Shown here: piece after piece, positions 1-14,678 of the stretch | How positions within the stretch are numbered: position 1 is the first letter of the stretch | How the letters are laid out: every line of letters begins with the position of its first letter | Origin: Entomortierella parvispora E1425 | Taxonomy: Eukaryota > Fungi > Mortierellomycota | Reading direction: 5' to 3' | NCBI GenBank assembly: GCA_020891255.1 | Contig: BQFW01000012.1 | Location: forward strand, 2,542,001 to 2,606,000 | Length of the DNA stretch: 64,000 nucleotides | The notes under the pieces: generated by a model | Databases searched by the model: none | What the model was told of the DNA's origin: nothing | Seen by the model: only the letters and a program-made list of their open reading frames with translations | Program-made: the position numbers and the translations under genes

Positions 1-1289
1 AGGGGTGAATCGAGAACTGCAGTCAGCTCTGGATCAATGCAGGCAACACAATGGTAGGTCGTTTTTTTTCTTTTTTCTTTTTCATTTAACTGCTTTCTTG
101 AGGTGCGTCCTACAAGCCTGTTTATATAACACGAGCACCCTGTAGATATGATAGAGCAAGACTATGAGCAAAAGCTCCAAGCAATTCAAAAGCAACACGA
201 GGAGATGGTCACGGATATGAAGGTATGCCTATCCCCTATAGCCATGCCCTTTTGGGCGATGTTCATTTTTCTCGTGGTTTGCCGATCCGCTCCTCATCTT
301 CCTCTTCATTTTCTGTTCTCCAGAATCAATTGAAGCGACAACATGATCAGGAGATCCAGGACCACCAACATCAGGAGAGCCAACGAGTCGCTGTCCTCCA
401 ATCGACCCTGAAGACACAATTGACAGCCTTGCGGAATCTTCACCGAGAAACACGGGACCAACATCGCCAAGCAGAGGCAGATCTGTCACTTTTACTCGAC
501 TATTTGAAGAACACCCTCAGTCCTTCTTGGATACATTTTTGCAACACTTCAAGCCAGAAAGGGGGATATCAGGAATCCCCTAAGAGCGCCTGGTCTATGA
601 ATCAAGTCTCTCATTTCACAACGGATCGCCAAGATCGCAAAGTCCAAGAAGAGGCACTGGATAAATCTTTGGCTCTGACAGGAGACATGGCTTGTAAAAC
701 AACAACGGGTCAGTCATGCTGGCTGATCCTTCAACAGCTGGATAGAGGCATCAACGACATTATCCCTTTGGTTGCAGATGCAGATCCTTTGACGTTCGAT
801 TCTATCCAGCCCCAAGCACGACAGTGGAAAGAAGGCACAGGAGAATCAGGAGTCAATCTCCTGAAGAGACGGCGGCAACAGCACAAGCGATTGAGCGACA
901 GCAGTGCCAGCAGCGGGAAGACCATTGTTGCAACTCACTTGGCAGTCGGGACTGCCACAACTGCCACAACGGCTGCCGCATCGCCCGACCCGCCTTCATC
1001 AGCCACCAAAGCTGGTCAAATTCAGCAAGCGCTGGCGACTCTACACTGTGTCGGAGACATGAGAGCCATGGAGGGCGGTCGTCTCCCAACAGAAAATGAC
1101 CTGTTAAACTTCAAACAGGAAAAAGAATATTTTCTGCAGTGTTTGACAGACCTACAGGCCGATCATCAACTCGAGATCGAGAATATCAAGCAGCAGTGCA
1201 TTCGTCTCTACCGAGAGTCCCTTCACGAAGTCCGTGCTGAGCTCATGGACAAGATGCAGCACAAACGCCTTCAAAAAAGAAGGGGTTAG
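1..1289 (+). CDS. Hypothetical coiled-coil protein, 5'-truncated by the window edge; introns ~54-145 and 223-323
   Basis: GT..AG introns join one open frame (...RELQSALDQCRQHN-D-MIEQDYEQKLQAIQKQHEEMVTDMK-NQLKRQHDQEIQ...) ending TAG at 1289; Q/E/L/K-rich heptads. Confidence 0.7.
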
Positions 1290-1572
1290 CTCATGAACAG
1301 GGACTTTTCATTCTGTTTTTTTCTCTGTCTGACGCAAAGTCATATCTTTCTCTCCTATCTTTATTATTGTGCGGTGATAGTTGTATGGATAATAAAAAAG
1401 AGCCGATTGCTGGCATAGTATTCTTCCTTTTTCTAAATATACGGCGGGTTGCAGTGGCAGATATCGGGGCGAGAGCAAGGAGTGGGGATCATGGAGATGA
1501 GCCTCCTCAGAAGAAAGCAACCGGTTGCTTGACCTCCCTGCTGCTCCTTGAGAGAAAACAGTCATCTTCAGC

Positions 1573-3340
1573 CTACTCATCGCCGATATCCCTCAAAAAT
1601 TTGCTGTAGCTTTCCCGTACACACTCGCCTCCTTTCTGTGGATCAAACATGAAACGGTAAAAGCTGCCGTCGGCACATATCACTATAGGATAAATGGCAT
1701 AGCAAAAAACATGTTAGATGTCATTTGGCTCTGAGGGCTATCAAGAGATGCAGCGGTAGAGTAATGGAGCAATCATACCTATAACGGTGTTCTTTTCTCC
1801 TCCAAAAGCACAGATACAGCGACAGTCTGCTGCAACTTTGAACTGCGCAAACGACCATGCCGACGAAAAATACTTTGGCAAGAGATCCTTCATAAATGCG
1901 AGGCTAAAAGAAAGTTCGTACAATAGATATGGTGTCAAATCCCTGCATGATATTATCGATCCTACTTTATCAAGGAGGAAAGGCATGGCTTACCTTGATT
2001 GTCGATTTCCAGTTGACATCTGAGAGGCGTGGTGGGGCTGGATGACCTCGCCATAGTGTGGTCCACTTGATGGTGAGGAGTTATGATGATAAACCCGCGA
2101 TCCAGTCGCCCCATCCAGATTAAAAATATGTACAGTGCCCTTATCAGAGCCAGCGCAAATCCTGGTAGAGTCGCTGTTGAATGCAATGCTGTAGATCTCA
2201 GCTCTGTCGACGCCTCTCCTGAACTCGTTCAAGAGCTTGCTGGAGCCAGTATCAAAGACCCTGATTAGAGTGCCCTTGTCAGAGGCAGATGCACACTTGG
2301 TTCCGTCAGTGTTCGTCACTAGACAAAACAACGGACTGGTATGGGCGGGAATAATAGAAATGTTGGCTGTAGGTTTGGTGCTGGCCATTGGGTATTTTGG
2401 TTGATTGTGGGTGCCAGGAGTGGGACCAGGGAGCGACGATGAGACAGCTGTGGTGGAGACTACGCTGTTAAGGTCCACTATCTGAATGTGCCCACTTTGT
2501 CTTCCTGGGAAGATTAAGATGGCGTGTTTGTCGGACGATGACAAAGCCACCAAGCCTGCGGAACAAATAAAGTAGTGTCGTCAGGTCAGTATAGAGCCTC
2601 GCTTGGTCCATATCTAACAGTGACGGTAGAAATACTTGCCTCGATCATTATCGACCGTCTCAAAGACATGCAGCTTGGTTGGTTGCAGATTGAAAGTGTA
2701 AACAATGACCTTGTTGGAAAGGACGACGACAAACCTAGGTGAAGAGGTGATTTTGGTGAGGAATGGGTTTCGTTCCAGTGGTCCTAGTCCTTGGCCGTCG
2801 CTTCACATCCACTTACTTGTCTCGCCGCAGCTTGACAGCCTTGACTTCACTCCTAAACTCGAGTTCAATGACACCTCTGTTCCGTTCGTCATCCCAGATG
2901 ATGACTTTATTTGGCGGGTACTTTGGATTTTTTCCTCCTCCGACAAGCGCGAGATAATTGCAGCGAAAAAGCATCTCAACAATGCAAATCCCGCCGTCTT
3001 CGAACTCTACGCGCGGGAGTTTCAAGTGGGTTAGACGTGTACGCCATGGGGTTGAAGGTCTAAGCAGTGCAGGGTCGATCAAGATACCTTTTCGCATTTT
3101 TTCTTTTAGTGGGTCGCAGTTGTATATTCGAAAGCCAGAATCAAGCCCGCACGAGAAACAGCCAAAGTCTAGAAAGTGGACAGAGTGCGAGGCAGTTAGA
3201 GGACGTTTCGGATGTCGGGTGCTATCCATTTGTTGAGCGGCGACCGAGAAGAGTGGGTTGGTCCTACCCTGGTTGAATGCTGCGTACAGCAGGCCGGGAG
3301 CATCGGCTGCCGAGTAGGGCGAAGGTTTTGACAAGTTCAT
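1573..3340 (-). CDS. HSV2: PROPPIN WD40 phosphoinositide-binding autophagy protein (Hsv2/WIPI3-like, Atg18 family), multi-exon
   Basis: [43 protein letters not shown] lipid-binding motif, [21 protein letters not shown]; last exon [26 protein letters not shown]. Confidence 0.88.
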
Positions 3341-3690
3341 GAGGCTATAGTCGGCAGTCAGATGAGGTTGAATAGGAGGCACAGACGCGGGTGGCCTGCT
3401 CGGCAAGAATGAATTGATGTCAAAAGAGGCAAAGGAGGAGTTTGAACAAGCCCATTACCACATGCATGGACGTTCAGTACAATGCATGCATGTGCATGGG
3501 GACTGCTCTTTGGTGCAGGTCACATGCACTCTTTTGGTGGCGCAAAGCTCCTTTCCTTTGGGTCCTCTGAAAAAAGTATGATACAAGGGTGTTTATTTTA
3601 CAAGTTTTTACAAGATGCAAGGTATGAGAAGGATTAGGGGAAAATGCAGAGAATAACAGAAAGTTGGGTTGAATCGATGGTAGACACGAT

Positions 3691-4086
3691 CTAGGACGAC
3701 TCTTGCAGGAGACTGGGGGTCAACGAGATACGAATGGTACTTCCTCGTCGTTTTTGAAGCAGCTCGTCAAACTGACGCATCTTTTCCGTCATCTCGACTG
3801 TGTGGTGGTTCAGGTCAAGACTGGTTGCGCGAGTGTTCGAGTCAGACATGGCAGCAATGGAGCGGCGACGCTCGCGCATCATTTGGGACTGGATAGCGTC
3901 CATAGAAGGGGCCATTGAGTGGCGGTAGTGCGCAGGAATCGGAGGGACCGCGGGGACCGAGGGATCAGTGGACTCGACGACGACACAGTGCTTTCCATTG
4001 CCGTGAAACAATCGGTTCAAGGAAAAGCGGCGGGTCTTGCTAGTGGACAACGTAGAGTCGTTGCTCGATGGGGTTGTGTTGGTCAT
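3691..4086 (-). CDS. Small hypothetical protein (131 aa)
   Basis: Single-exon ATG ORF with AAAAAATG context, TATA-like TATATAAG ~175 nt upstream; RRFS/RRRS/RRGS basic-Ser motifs. Confidence 0.65.
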   Translation of the reverse strand: MTNTTPSSNDSTLSTSKTRRFSLNRLFHGNGKHCVVVESTDPSVPAVPPIPAHYRHSMAPSMDAIQSQMMRERRRSIAAMSDSNTRATSLDLNHHTVEMTEKMRQFDELLQKRRGSTIRISLTPSLLQESS

Positions 4087-6061
4087 TTTTTTAGAGTATG
4101 AGGTAGGGGTATGTGCAAGAGAAGTATGGTGCGTTTCAGCAAGCTCGAAAGAATGAGGAGCAGCGTGTCTGGGTCTTGACGCGAAACGAGGCGATGGTGA
4201 GGGAAATGTGATGTTTGTGAAGTATAAAAAAAAAGTGGAGGGGAGCTGGGAATGCGGGTCTTATATAAGAGTGAGCCAGACGCATGGTGGCATCATTGTT
4301 GTTTGCTCTCTTGCTCGCAGCCTCACTTTTCCCCCGCGGCGTTACAACTTGATGCACAACGTGGACTTGTGCTGAAAAGAACTCCAAATAGAAGAACAAT
4401 TTTGAGAGCAATTGCAATGGTGCGATTGCAATGTTTTGTTTACAGGTATTTTGACCAAACAAACCAGCAGACAAAAGGAAAAAAAAAATAGAACAGGCTG
4501 GAGTCTTTGTTGGGATACCGTATGATGATTCTTCGGTGGCGGGTGACTCTCTCCCCTGCATGCATGGCACCACAACAAACATATTGGCGTACTGATCCAA
4601 TGACCCAAGTGTGGACAATTCACCCAACGGAACATTGTTTCAACCCAAATAAACGATGCGGAATCAAAGAGAGGGGTAGAAAGGGGGAGGTCACCAGCCA
4701 TATTTGAACCGAGAGAACGCAAAAACAGGGTTTGATGACACACCCGATAAAAGAGCATCAAAGTGCCGTAACCGTTGGGGAACAAGGATATAGTCTGCTC
4801 AAGAGGAGGCGGGCCACATCACGAGACGGTTGTTACAAGTATGGTTGGGATTATGGTTTCTTTGAACCCAGTCATGCCGACCTCAGGCGGGTGAGCAAGT
4901 CGACTGAATGGATTGACACCAGAACTGAATGGGCTGAGGAAAGGACTTCAGCGAGGGCGAGCGAAGCGCTGGCGTGGAGTTTGAACTTTGAGAGAAAACG
5001 TGGCAAACATACACTCAGCTGTCCCGCCATGCATCCTCCCCCATCGTCGTCATTCTTCGAACACTGACCACCCTCGAGCAGCAACGCAGTCCTCTCAGTC
5101 TTTGACACTTGACTGCATCTCAAATAGGTCTATATAAAAGAAAACAAAAAGGTGAAAGAAGGACGGGAATCTCTGTAGGGTATCACCCTGTCTTTCTCTC
5201 TCCTGCGCACCCGGACACTAAAGGTGACCACGAATGCAGGTGAACAATACACGTCGTAAGCAAATAAAAGAGGAAGGAAAACGAAACCAGAGAAGTCGCC
5301 TGTTTGAAGGATCCAGCTGAGGTATCAACGCGTTTGAAATGTCATTTTCCCATTCAATTTCCGATCTGGATCTCGGCCACGGTCAAAAATAGACCCGAAG
5401 GCCAGGCTCGCTCGCTCCCAACTCTGTAGCATCCGGATGGGATACAGGTGAGCAGATGAGCAGCGCGACTGGATGTCAAAAAAGGGCAGATCCGGTCGGG
5501 ACCTCCCTCGGTGAGCACCAGCCAGGGATGACAAACGACACAGTCGGGACTCTTCACTGCTGTGGTCCTGTCGCATTGCCTGTGAGCGTCTCCTAAAACG
5601 TGGCTGAGCGCGCTCCGCCACCCGCCCAAAACACCCGTTGCCACCAACCTGCACCCCAGCACGTACACTCCATACGTGCCGCGCATAAGCCAGAGCTGCA
5701 TGCGCCATGCATTCACCCGCTTTTTCTTCACAGCGGTCCATGGTCTCCCATTCCTGCCTTCCTTCCTTCTTTCCTTTTCTTTCTTCATTCCTGGTTCTTT
5801 TTCGTTATTCGTTGCTCTTCACCCTGGGAGTCTTGCAATATACTTTCGAAGCGCGTTCTTGTGTGTGTAGGAATCATCTCTGCCTCCTCCATTCGTGCCT
5901 TCTCGCCATCAAAGACGTTCGGCAGACTGCCTCATTTCATTTTCTCTGTTTTGCCAGACTCCTTCTGCAGCAAAGACAGAGGCAGAGCAAGCCGTTGTAC
6001 CTGCTTTCGTGAACACCGATAATTCTTATCATAGCTTTATTCTGGTCATCTCGTTGACAGG

Positions 6062-6559
6062 ATGGCTTCCCGAAAGGCTTTTCCTCCAAAAGCGGGGGCC
6101 ACGTCCCTCGGACACGCCCAGTCCGACCCTGGGTCAAGCCTGAGTTTGCGAAGCAGGGTCAAAAGTACCAATACGACCCAATCAGACCAGCTGCAGCACA
6201 AACGACAAAACGTAGGTGGCCGAGATTTGGCCGTGCCGTCGTCCTTGATGGAGTCTTCTCGATCGATGGAGACACCCTCTAGTGGACTGTCCAGGTCATT
6301 GGCGATGGGAGTCACCAACCCCAGTGCTTGGATCAATCCACAGGCGCCACCAAAACAGGAGTCTTCCAAACGCAGCCGACGACAAAGCGAGTCCCAACCG
6401 TACCCAAACCTCGTTCAGACACAGCTAGGATTCGCATCCGGAGAACAAGGCAGCACCCGCAAGCAAAAGACAGCTCGGACAGCAACCGCTCCTGGATCAG
6501 AGCGTGCTACGGCCCAGACGACCACCGTTGCCAGGCAGGACGCCAAGGTGTCAAGGTAA
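6062..6559 (+). CDS. Possible low-complexity ORF (165 aa), unverified
   Basis: ATG directly after a splice-acceptor-like TTGACAG; S/T/Q/R-rich; no recognisable domain. Confidence 0.25.
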   Translation: MASRKAFPPKAGATSLGHAQSDPGSSLSLRSRVKSTNTTQSDQLQHKRQNVGGRDLAVPSSLMESSRSMETPSSGLSRSLAMGVTNPSAWINPQAPPKQESSKRSRRQSESQPYPNLVQTQLGFASGEQGSTRKQKTARTATAPGSERATAQTTTVARQDAKVSR

Positions 6560-7261
6560 AGTGAGCATTGGAAAGGCATAGAGGCGGTCTGTGCCCAAGG
6601 TCGATAATTCCTTTGTGCGAGGGTGTGATGGACGACAACAGTGGCAACAAGGCAGAAAGACGCGCGCCCTGGCATGGGCTTTGAGAATGAGGCATGGAGT
6701 CATGTCCTTTCTTTTTTTTTATATTTATTTCCGCCCGTGGGTCCACTCCCGTACACGAACACGGCATATCCTGGGGACTCTGGGGACTGGGACTTCAGAA
6801 ACAAAGACACAGAAACGAATATGCCAAGGGAGAAGAGGGTAACTGGATCCGGTGATATGACTGGCTGGGAACGAACGAACGGACATGAATGCAATGGACG
6901 TGCGTGTGTGCGTGTGTGTCTCCTGCCTTCCTTCCATCCATTCCTTCGCCATCATCCCCATCCCTTCCCATCCCGTCAGCCAAAAACGCAACCAACTGCC
7001 CTAGCAACAACAACAAACAACAACAAAAAACAACAAACAGCACCTGCACGACAGACAGGGACGCACGCACAGCTCTCCCACCTGATCCCGTCCTTGCCGA
7101 GCTTTAACCATTGTCTGCCCTTCCCTTTCCTTCCTTTCTTTTTCCATCTACTCCCTGCTTCGCACTCTTTCCCATCCACCCTTGCTAATTCTTGACTGTG
7201 GATATCGCCCCATCCCGGTCGAAAATTACGCCATTCTCCTTCTCCGGCTGAACAATCATTC

Positions 7262-10200
7262 ATGCCTCCTCGGCCGGCTCCATACCATCTTCGTAATAGC
7301 GCCAGGACCAAATCCACCTCTTCTAGCCCACCTTCTGCCTCTATTCAAGACTCTACTTCCTCGACCTTGGCATCTCAGCGACTTGCATCCTCGATAGGAC
7401 GCCCCAACACTCGCCATCAGTCTCTGATTTCTCCTCAAGCCCATCAAGAGTTCATTACATTTTCTTCTGGACTCGACGGCACATTTGTTGCCACAACCTC
7501 GTCTGCTCCGCCACCAGCGACTCCAGCCGCTCACTCCTCATCCACCTCGACTTTCAACCACAGAAAGCGCGCCCTTGTTCTGCGCCATTCGGACCAGCAG
7601 ACTACCTCCCAGAGTAATAGTCAGAACCCTAGCCGATCCAAGATACCACGGCTTGCCTCCAATTCATCACTCTCAGAGGCAAGTACAGGAGCGCAGACCA
7701 GCACAAGGCGTACCTCACCCAGACGAACCACACAAAATATTCCTTTCACTCGAAAGTCGAAAATGAGTACCTCTCAAAAGATATCCAATCCCCGAGCCAA
7801 AGACTTGGTTAACAAGGACATGGAGCCAGACTCTGGACCAGAAGAATCTCACGACACTGCCAAGCCATCTGCGTCTGCGCCTCTTGAAGCTGCTGCTTCT
7901 CAGGAAAACAGTGGCACTGAGCAAAATGACAGTCAGATCACGACAAACCAAGAGTCTAGCCCAGAGCAGCACGGGTCTAGCACCAACAAACAGACCACTG
8001 CGGACGCTACTAGCATTGCAAAGGAGGAAGGAGATGTAGAGGTCCACGAGGATGATAACGAGCATAACGATAACAGCAATGCCAACGATGAAGACGAGGA
8101 CGAGGACGACGATGATGACGATGATGATGATGATGACGACGACGACGACGATGAAGAAGAGGAGGGCTACAGTCATCACCGTCAGGCGGACCAAGACGGC
8201 AGTATGAGTGGTATGGTCTCTGGAATCTCTTCCCGACTGAAGGGTATCCTAACCAACCTCCGAGCCCACGAAGATCCATCGCTACAGTTGATCGCGCTTC
8301 AAGATCTGGCTGTGCTGCTGTCTGTCTCTACTGAGGATACTCTGGCGGGCTATTTCAGCTGCGATACTTTCGTAAAGGAACTTGTCATTCTCCTGAAGGG
8401 CACCGGCGACGGGGATGACAACGCTGATATGATGCTTTTAGCCTGCCGATGCTTGTCCAATTTGATGGAGGCAATGCCAGCCTCACTTGGTAGCATTGTG
8501 TATGGAGGAGCGGTGGCAGCCCTGTGCGAGAAGTTAATTGTGATTCAATACATCGACTTGGCCGAACAATCGTTGACAGTAAGTGCGCCTATCACGAACC
8601 TCAATATTAACATGACGATCATGTGTGGACTGTATGTTAACTTCTTCGTCTGCTTGATAGACTCTTGAAAAGATCTCTTCTGAATATCCGCATGCTGTGG
8701 TCAAGGAAGGTGGTCTTGCAGCTGTTCTCACCTACATGGATTTCTTTTCCACAAATGTTCAGCGTACTGCTGTGAAGACTGCCGCAAATTGCTGCCGAGG
8801 AATGCATCACGACAACATTTCCATGGTCCAAGATATTTTGCCAAACCTCGAAAACATCATTCAGTACTCAGACCAGAAGATTGTGGAGCAAGCATGCCTG
8901 TGCTTTGTTCGCCTTGCAGATAGCTTCAGGTCCAACGCTGCACATCTTCAGGTAGGTGACCCTTGTCGATATAATCATAGGCCAGTGTCTCCCACATCAA
9001 GTCTAACACCGTTCTCTCCATCTGGTTTGTTGAATATATAGACCATTATCACAGAGCCAGTCTTGCGGGCAATGCTGTCGCTCCTATCCCCTAATGCAAT
9101 CGTTATCGTCGGGTAAGATCAAAACTGCAAAATTCCATTCAGTTCCATTGCCGAGTTTGCGCCACAAACTGTTGAGCTGACCTTCTATGCTTTTCTAGTC
9201 CGCCAGTTTATACTCTCCTCTTGCACTTTTTGAGCACCATTGCAGAACATTCGCCAGCCCTAGGATCCTCCTTGCTGGAAATGGACGTTGTTGATACCCT
9301 GTTTTTGGTTCTCACTGGAGTTCCCGCCCCCCAACCAGGTGTTATCGAAGGAGATGGTGCACTCAAGGTTCCTAATGTTGGATCACGTTCGAAAGATCAA
9401 GTGTCTGAGATCCTTGGTATTGTCTCTCAGTTGTTGCCGACTCTTCCCAAAGGTATCCCCTCGATCCTGTGCTACAGTTTAGAAGAAAATGTCTTGAGAA
9501 ATCAAAAGCTAATCCAAATAATCCTCTGTTTCGACATATTAGCCGATCCATTGTTTGACACGGAATACCGACAGTTGACTCTGAGGCAATCGGAGCAACA
9601 AAAGCGAGACGAGGCTTCTGGCGGCGAAGCACCAGTGGCTCCAGCGGCTCCAACGGCTCCAGCAGAGGTGGTGGTTGACATGAAGCGTGAGTTACTCGAG
9701 TCAAATCCAGCAAGAGTTCGTCGCCTTGGCCAGATCTTATTCCCAACTTTGATCGAAGTTTACTCGTCCACGGTACACTACCAGATCCGCCAACGAGCAA
9801 TCCTCGGATTGGTGAAGCTTGCTTACTTCTCAGAAGAGGCTATCCTAAGAGATGTGCTAAAGGTATTGCATCAAGTTGACTGCTCGCCTCAAATATAGTA
9901 ACGCCTGAGAATCCATGCTAATGACACCGCTTTGTTTACTGATACCTGTTATAGGAGGTTGAACTTGCCAGCTTTTTAGCCGTCATCTTGTCTCAGCAGG
10001 AACACCAATCCCTTGTCGTGGCTGCTTTGCAAATAGCAGATATTCTCATGACAAAGCTTCCAGCAGTCTACCGTCATTTCTTTGAAAGGGAAGGAGTCAT
10101 CTTTGAGATCTCGAAGCTTGCCTTCCTTGGAGTTGAAAAATCGCTTTCGAATGATCTAGAAAAAGCCGCCGTCGTGGACAAGCCATTGGAGAAGCCTCCC

Positions 10201-13200
10201 ACCAGTACAGAAGCCAAGGATAGTATCGCCGAGGATTCAGTCACGTCAACAACCACGGAGGCTGTCCCAGAAGCAAACAAAGGCGAATCTCCACCCCCTG
10301 TCGCCTCAAGCGCTACAGTCAGTCAGAGACTTGTCGGATTGATGGCGGATCTTCGTAGCACACGAGATGGCGCGGGTGGAGCTCATTCCATGGAGGATCA
10401 GCTAAACGCCATTCAAAGTGAACTGGAAGCGGCTTGGAGCTCAACCTCTACTCAAAACGGAGAAACTCCTCAACCTGCTCATGCCTCACGAGCGGCTCTG
10501 GACCAGCTTCGCATGCTCCACCGCCTTATTGTGGGAGGCTCGGTACCTGCTGCCACCGCTCCCACTGATGAACGTGGCCTAGGTTCTGGAAAGACAAAGG
10601 ATTGGATCTTTGAGCGGGCCAAGATCATTGTGGATGCTTGTCAAGCAGTGGGCACAGGCGACGTTGGACAGGCTGCAGGCAACTCCGTTTTAGCCGATCT
10701 AAAGCGAATGGGGGAGGGCTTGCGCGGACCTGCTAAAGGCGCAGCTGTCTCCCTCAAAGACTTGGCAGGATATCTCGCCAGAGTTGGCGCAAATGGCATC
10801 TCATCCTTTGAGTTCTTGAGCAGTGGCCTGTCTCAGTCACTGCTAGAGTACCTTACAAACGCGGAGAGTTCAGGACTTGACAACCAGGATAGTCGAATTC
10901 GCCGGTTTATCGAGACTTTCATGACGACCACCTCATCCAGTTCAGGGAAATCCGCTGCTATGTCGCCGTTCAGTCAACTGGTGAAGAAGCTCCAAGAGTC
11001 TCTTACTCGAATGGAAACATTTGAGGTTGAGACTGCCCAGACTTCTATGGGTGAGCCAAGAAATCCTTCTTCAAGCTTGGCCACTCAGGTGCGCCTTAAA
11101 CTTACCCCCGAGGAAGGAACTGAGGTCTCTCCAGGGTTGCAGAATCTTGTCGTTTCCATCCACGCAATTGCCACCTTTAGGACATTGGATGAGTACCTGA
11201 GACCGCGCCTTAAGCCAACACTCTCCGCCCCTGAGAAATCGGAAAATGGCGCCAATACCCCCGCTGATTCTGACCAGAAACATTCAACGGCTGGCGACAG
11301 TATCCCCACCACACGCAGAAGTAGTCGACTGCAAAAGCACGCGGACTTTTCTGAAGACAATGAGAAATCTGATGACGACGGACATGCGGAGACTTCTCAA
11401 GATAAGAAGGATGACGGCTTTGATGCCTCTTCTGATGTGAGTGACGCCGATATCGAGGAGATGGACTACGAGCTGGAACAGCAGACGAGCACGCAGGCCG
11501 TAAAGGGAGGAGATAATTCGCCGGTTGAAGTCAACACAGACGATCTTAAAGCCTCGGGTACCGCAAAGCCAGAGGGTAACGAGACTTCACCATCCGCGAG
11601 CAACAGATCTAAATCGCCGACATCTGCTAGCACGACAAAGTCAAAGTCATCTTCTGATGCGACTTCCCCCTGGCATATCGAATTCTCGCTTCACGGATCT
11701 CCTTTGAACACCGACATGACAGTGTATGGCGCTCTTCACAACTATGAGCGTAAGAATACGAAAGGACCTGCCTATCGACCTGCCTGGTCGTCAATTTACC
11801 CCATCAAGTACAGACGAGTTGACACCGCTGTCCCTGAGCAACTCCCTGTGCGAGCATTCAATCATAGTGAAGACAGCATTGACCTCACGTTGACATCTCA
11901 TATGCCCGATGAGCTATCACAGCAGGCCGACTACTCTCCCATCCTTGGACTATTGCGGGTTCTTCACGGAATTAATGATGACTGGACGCGCTTCTACGGA
12001 GCTGACGATCAGTCGCCGACGGCCACAGTACGGACCCTAAACTCCGAAGAGTTTGTCAACAGCAAGATATCGGCCAAAGTCTCTCGTCAATTGGAGGAAC
12101 CGTTGATAGTTGCAAGTAGCTGTTTGCCAAACTGGACAGTCGGTCTTGCCAAGGGCTTTCCATTTTTGTTTCCATTTGAGACACGATACACATACCTACA
12201 GTCGACCTCCTTTGGTTTCTCGAGATCTCTCATGCGCTGGCAGAATCAACAACAGCGAGCTGGACAGACTGATCAGCGCGATGACTCGCAAACGTTCCTG
12301 GGACGTATTCAACGTCAAAAGGTCCGAATTTCGCGCCAAAAGGCCCTTGAGTCAGCTGTGCGAGTAATGGAGCTCTATGGCTCTCATCGAGCCATGTTGG
12401 AAGTCGAGTACTTTGAGGAGGTCGGTACCGGCTTGGGTCCTACACTAGAGTTTTATTCCCTGGTGTCGAAAGAGTTTTGCAAGAAGTCTTTGAAACTTTG
12501 GCGCTTTGGTGATTCCGAATCAACTTCAGAATATGTGTCAGCACCGCATGGACTTTTCCCAAGACCTATGGGACCCTCTCCTGATGAGAATGACAAGTAA
12601 GTTATTCTGGACTATCTATAAGTGGTGGGTCTCTCCATCGTTCTAACCAACACTGAATTCTGCCCGCCATTTAGGAAAATTCTGCAGTTGTTTAAATCGC
12701 TTGGTCAGTTCATTGCCAAGGCCATGTTGGACTCGCGAATCATTGATGTCCCGTTGTCGTATCTCTTTGTGAGTCAGGTCCAAGGCCGGTGCCTGAAGCC
12801 AGGTTTGCAGTTGATCAAGTTGGTTGATCCGGTGCTTGCACAATCCCTTCAGAGTCTCCAGGAATTTGTCAAGGAAAAAAAGCGCATCTACAGCCTCAAC
12901 CTGCCTAGCAAGGAAAGGGAACGAGCGTTGAGCAGTATTGAACTCAAAGGATCCAAACTGGAAGACTTGAGCCTCGACTTTACCCTTCCGGGCTATCCAG
13001 ACATCAAATTGAAGGTAGGATACTTGAATTGATCTTGTTTGTGTTTTGTGCCTATATGTGACACACTCTGACCCATGGATTATTCTAGGCTGGAGGTGAT
13101 GCCATCCCCGTGACGATCTACAACATTGACGAGTACATCCAATTGGCTTTGGACATGACAGTGGGTAGCGGTGTGGAGGCCCAGGTAGCATCGTTCAAGT

Positions 13201-13868
13201 CTGGATTCAACTGTGTGTTCCCCATTCATGATCTTGCTGGCTTCCGCTCTGAAGAACTTGTGAGATTGTTTGGTTCCGGTGAAGAGGACTGGTCTTATGA
13301 GAGTAAGTTTTTCTTTTATTTTGGCTCACTTGGATGTGAAGGACCGGGATATATGAGCATGAGCGAACCAGCAGATCATCCTGACCCTTTGACTTTGCCT
13401 TTTGAACATTATAGCACTCGTGGATTGCGTGAAAGCGGATCATGGGTTCTCGAGTGAAAGTCGAGCTTTCAAAAGCTTATTGCAAGTCATGAGCGAGTTC
13501 AATGTAGAAGAGCGCCGACAATTCCTGCAGTTTATTACTGGGAGCCCAAAGCTGCCTATTGGAGGTAAGAAGACAGGCAGCAAGGCCAATTGTTGTCCTT
13601 TTCAGACGGCTGCTCTCTGGACGATTGGCGTTAACGAACTTTTTCTTTTGTCGTTGCATGATGCTTGATAGGTTTCAAGAACTTGCACCCAGCCTTTACG
13701 GTTGTGTGCAAGCCGTTTGAGGCACCTCTGAAGGCGGATGATTATTTGCCCTCAGTGATGACATGTGCAAACTATCTCAAGATGCCCAACTATTCGAGCA
13801 GGGATGTAACATTGGCAAAGTTCAGGATGGCGTACGAGGAAGGTCAGGGTAGTTTCCATCTGTCTTAA
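7262..13868 (+). CDS. UFD4: HECT E3 ubiquitin ligase, Ufd4/TRIP12 family, multi-exon
   Basis: ARM-like region (MLLACRCLSNLMEAMP, YIDLAEQSL, FFSTNVQRTA), HECT domain (LEVEYFEEVGTGLGPTLEFYSLVSKEF) and C-terminal DYLPSVMTCANYLKMPNYS...EGQGSFHLS* with catalytic Cys. Confidence 0.93.
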
Positions 13869-14678
13869 TTGGATGATCAGATGAGGAGGTTGCGACGCAG
13901 TCGCAGCATCGAAACTTGTACGATAAAAGTAAAACGCAACGTGTACATCGAAATAAACCAGCTCCCAGTCCCTTTAAAAAAAAAAAAATAAAATAAAAAA
14001 AAAAAACTGCTTTCCTGAAGAAAGCAGGAAGTTTCTAGTCCCCAGCCATTGGATTATTCAGCATCGGGCGTCTGTCGATGCAGACCCACAGGGAAAAGGT
14101 CCATTGCGTCCACTTTACCTCATTTTCCAGCCCCTGGTTGCTGAGTAATCGAGCGGCGCTTGTCGAAATTGAAAGACCGCGAAATTGGTGCAACCAAGAC
14201 AGGGTTGATTTTGCGACTGCGCGCGCACCGCAAAGGTTGTTTTAGAGTACTCACCGCAGATCTCCCCTTTCACGCCGTGTCCGAGATCTCGCGGATGAGG
14301 GGATGTGACGCGAGAGTCCAGTTTACAGTTTGCACAGTCGTCCCAAGCACACACAAACTGCTTTCTTGGCCCCCACGCCGTCTTGCGGATTAGCTGACTG
14401 GATGTTTCTTTCATTGGGCTGATGCTCTCTGGTGTGTGCGCTCCCAAGCCATCCTTCAGAAGTGCGGCTTAGGTCGCAGCCAGGCAGGCAGGTTGGTCCC
14501 TGGCTGCTGGGTGCGCAAGCTCATCGTCATCCAAGTCCCCGTCCCTGAAAAAAGTATAAATACTAGACCCTCGCCTTCTCTTTTTTTTTTCATCATTCAA
14601 CAAGCAATTCCTCTCTCTCTTCCTCACTCACTCACTCTCTCTCACCTTCAGACTCAACACCACCACAAATCTATAAAA

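Noticed and set aside
4600-5100. TGATGA and CTGA motifs suggesting a box C/D snoRNA
   Set aside because: No terminal stem or recognisable rRNA-complementary guide; such short motifs occur by chance
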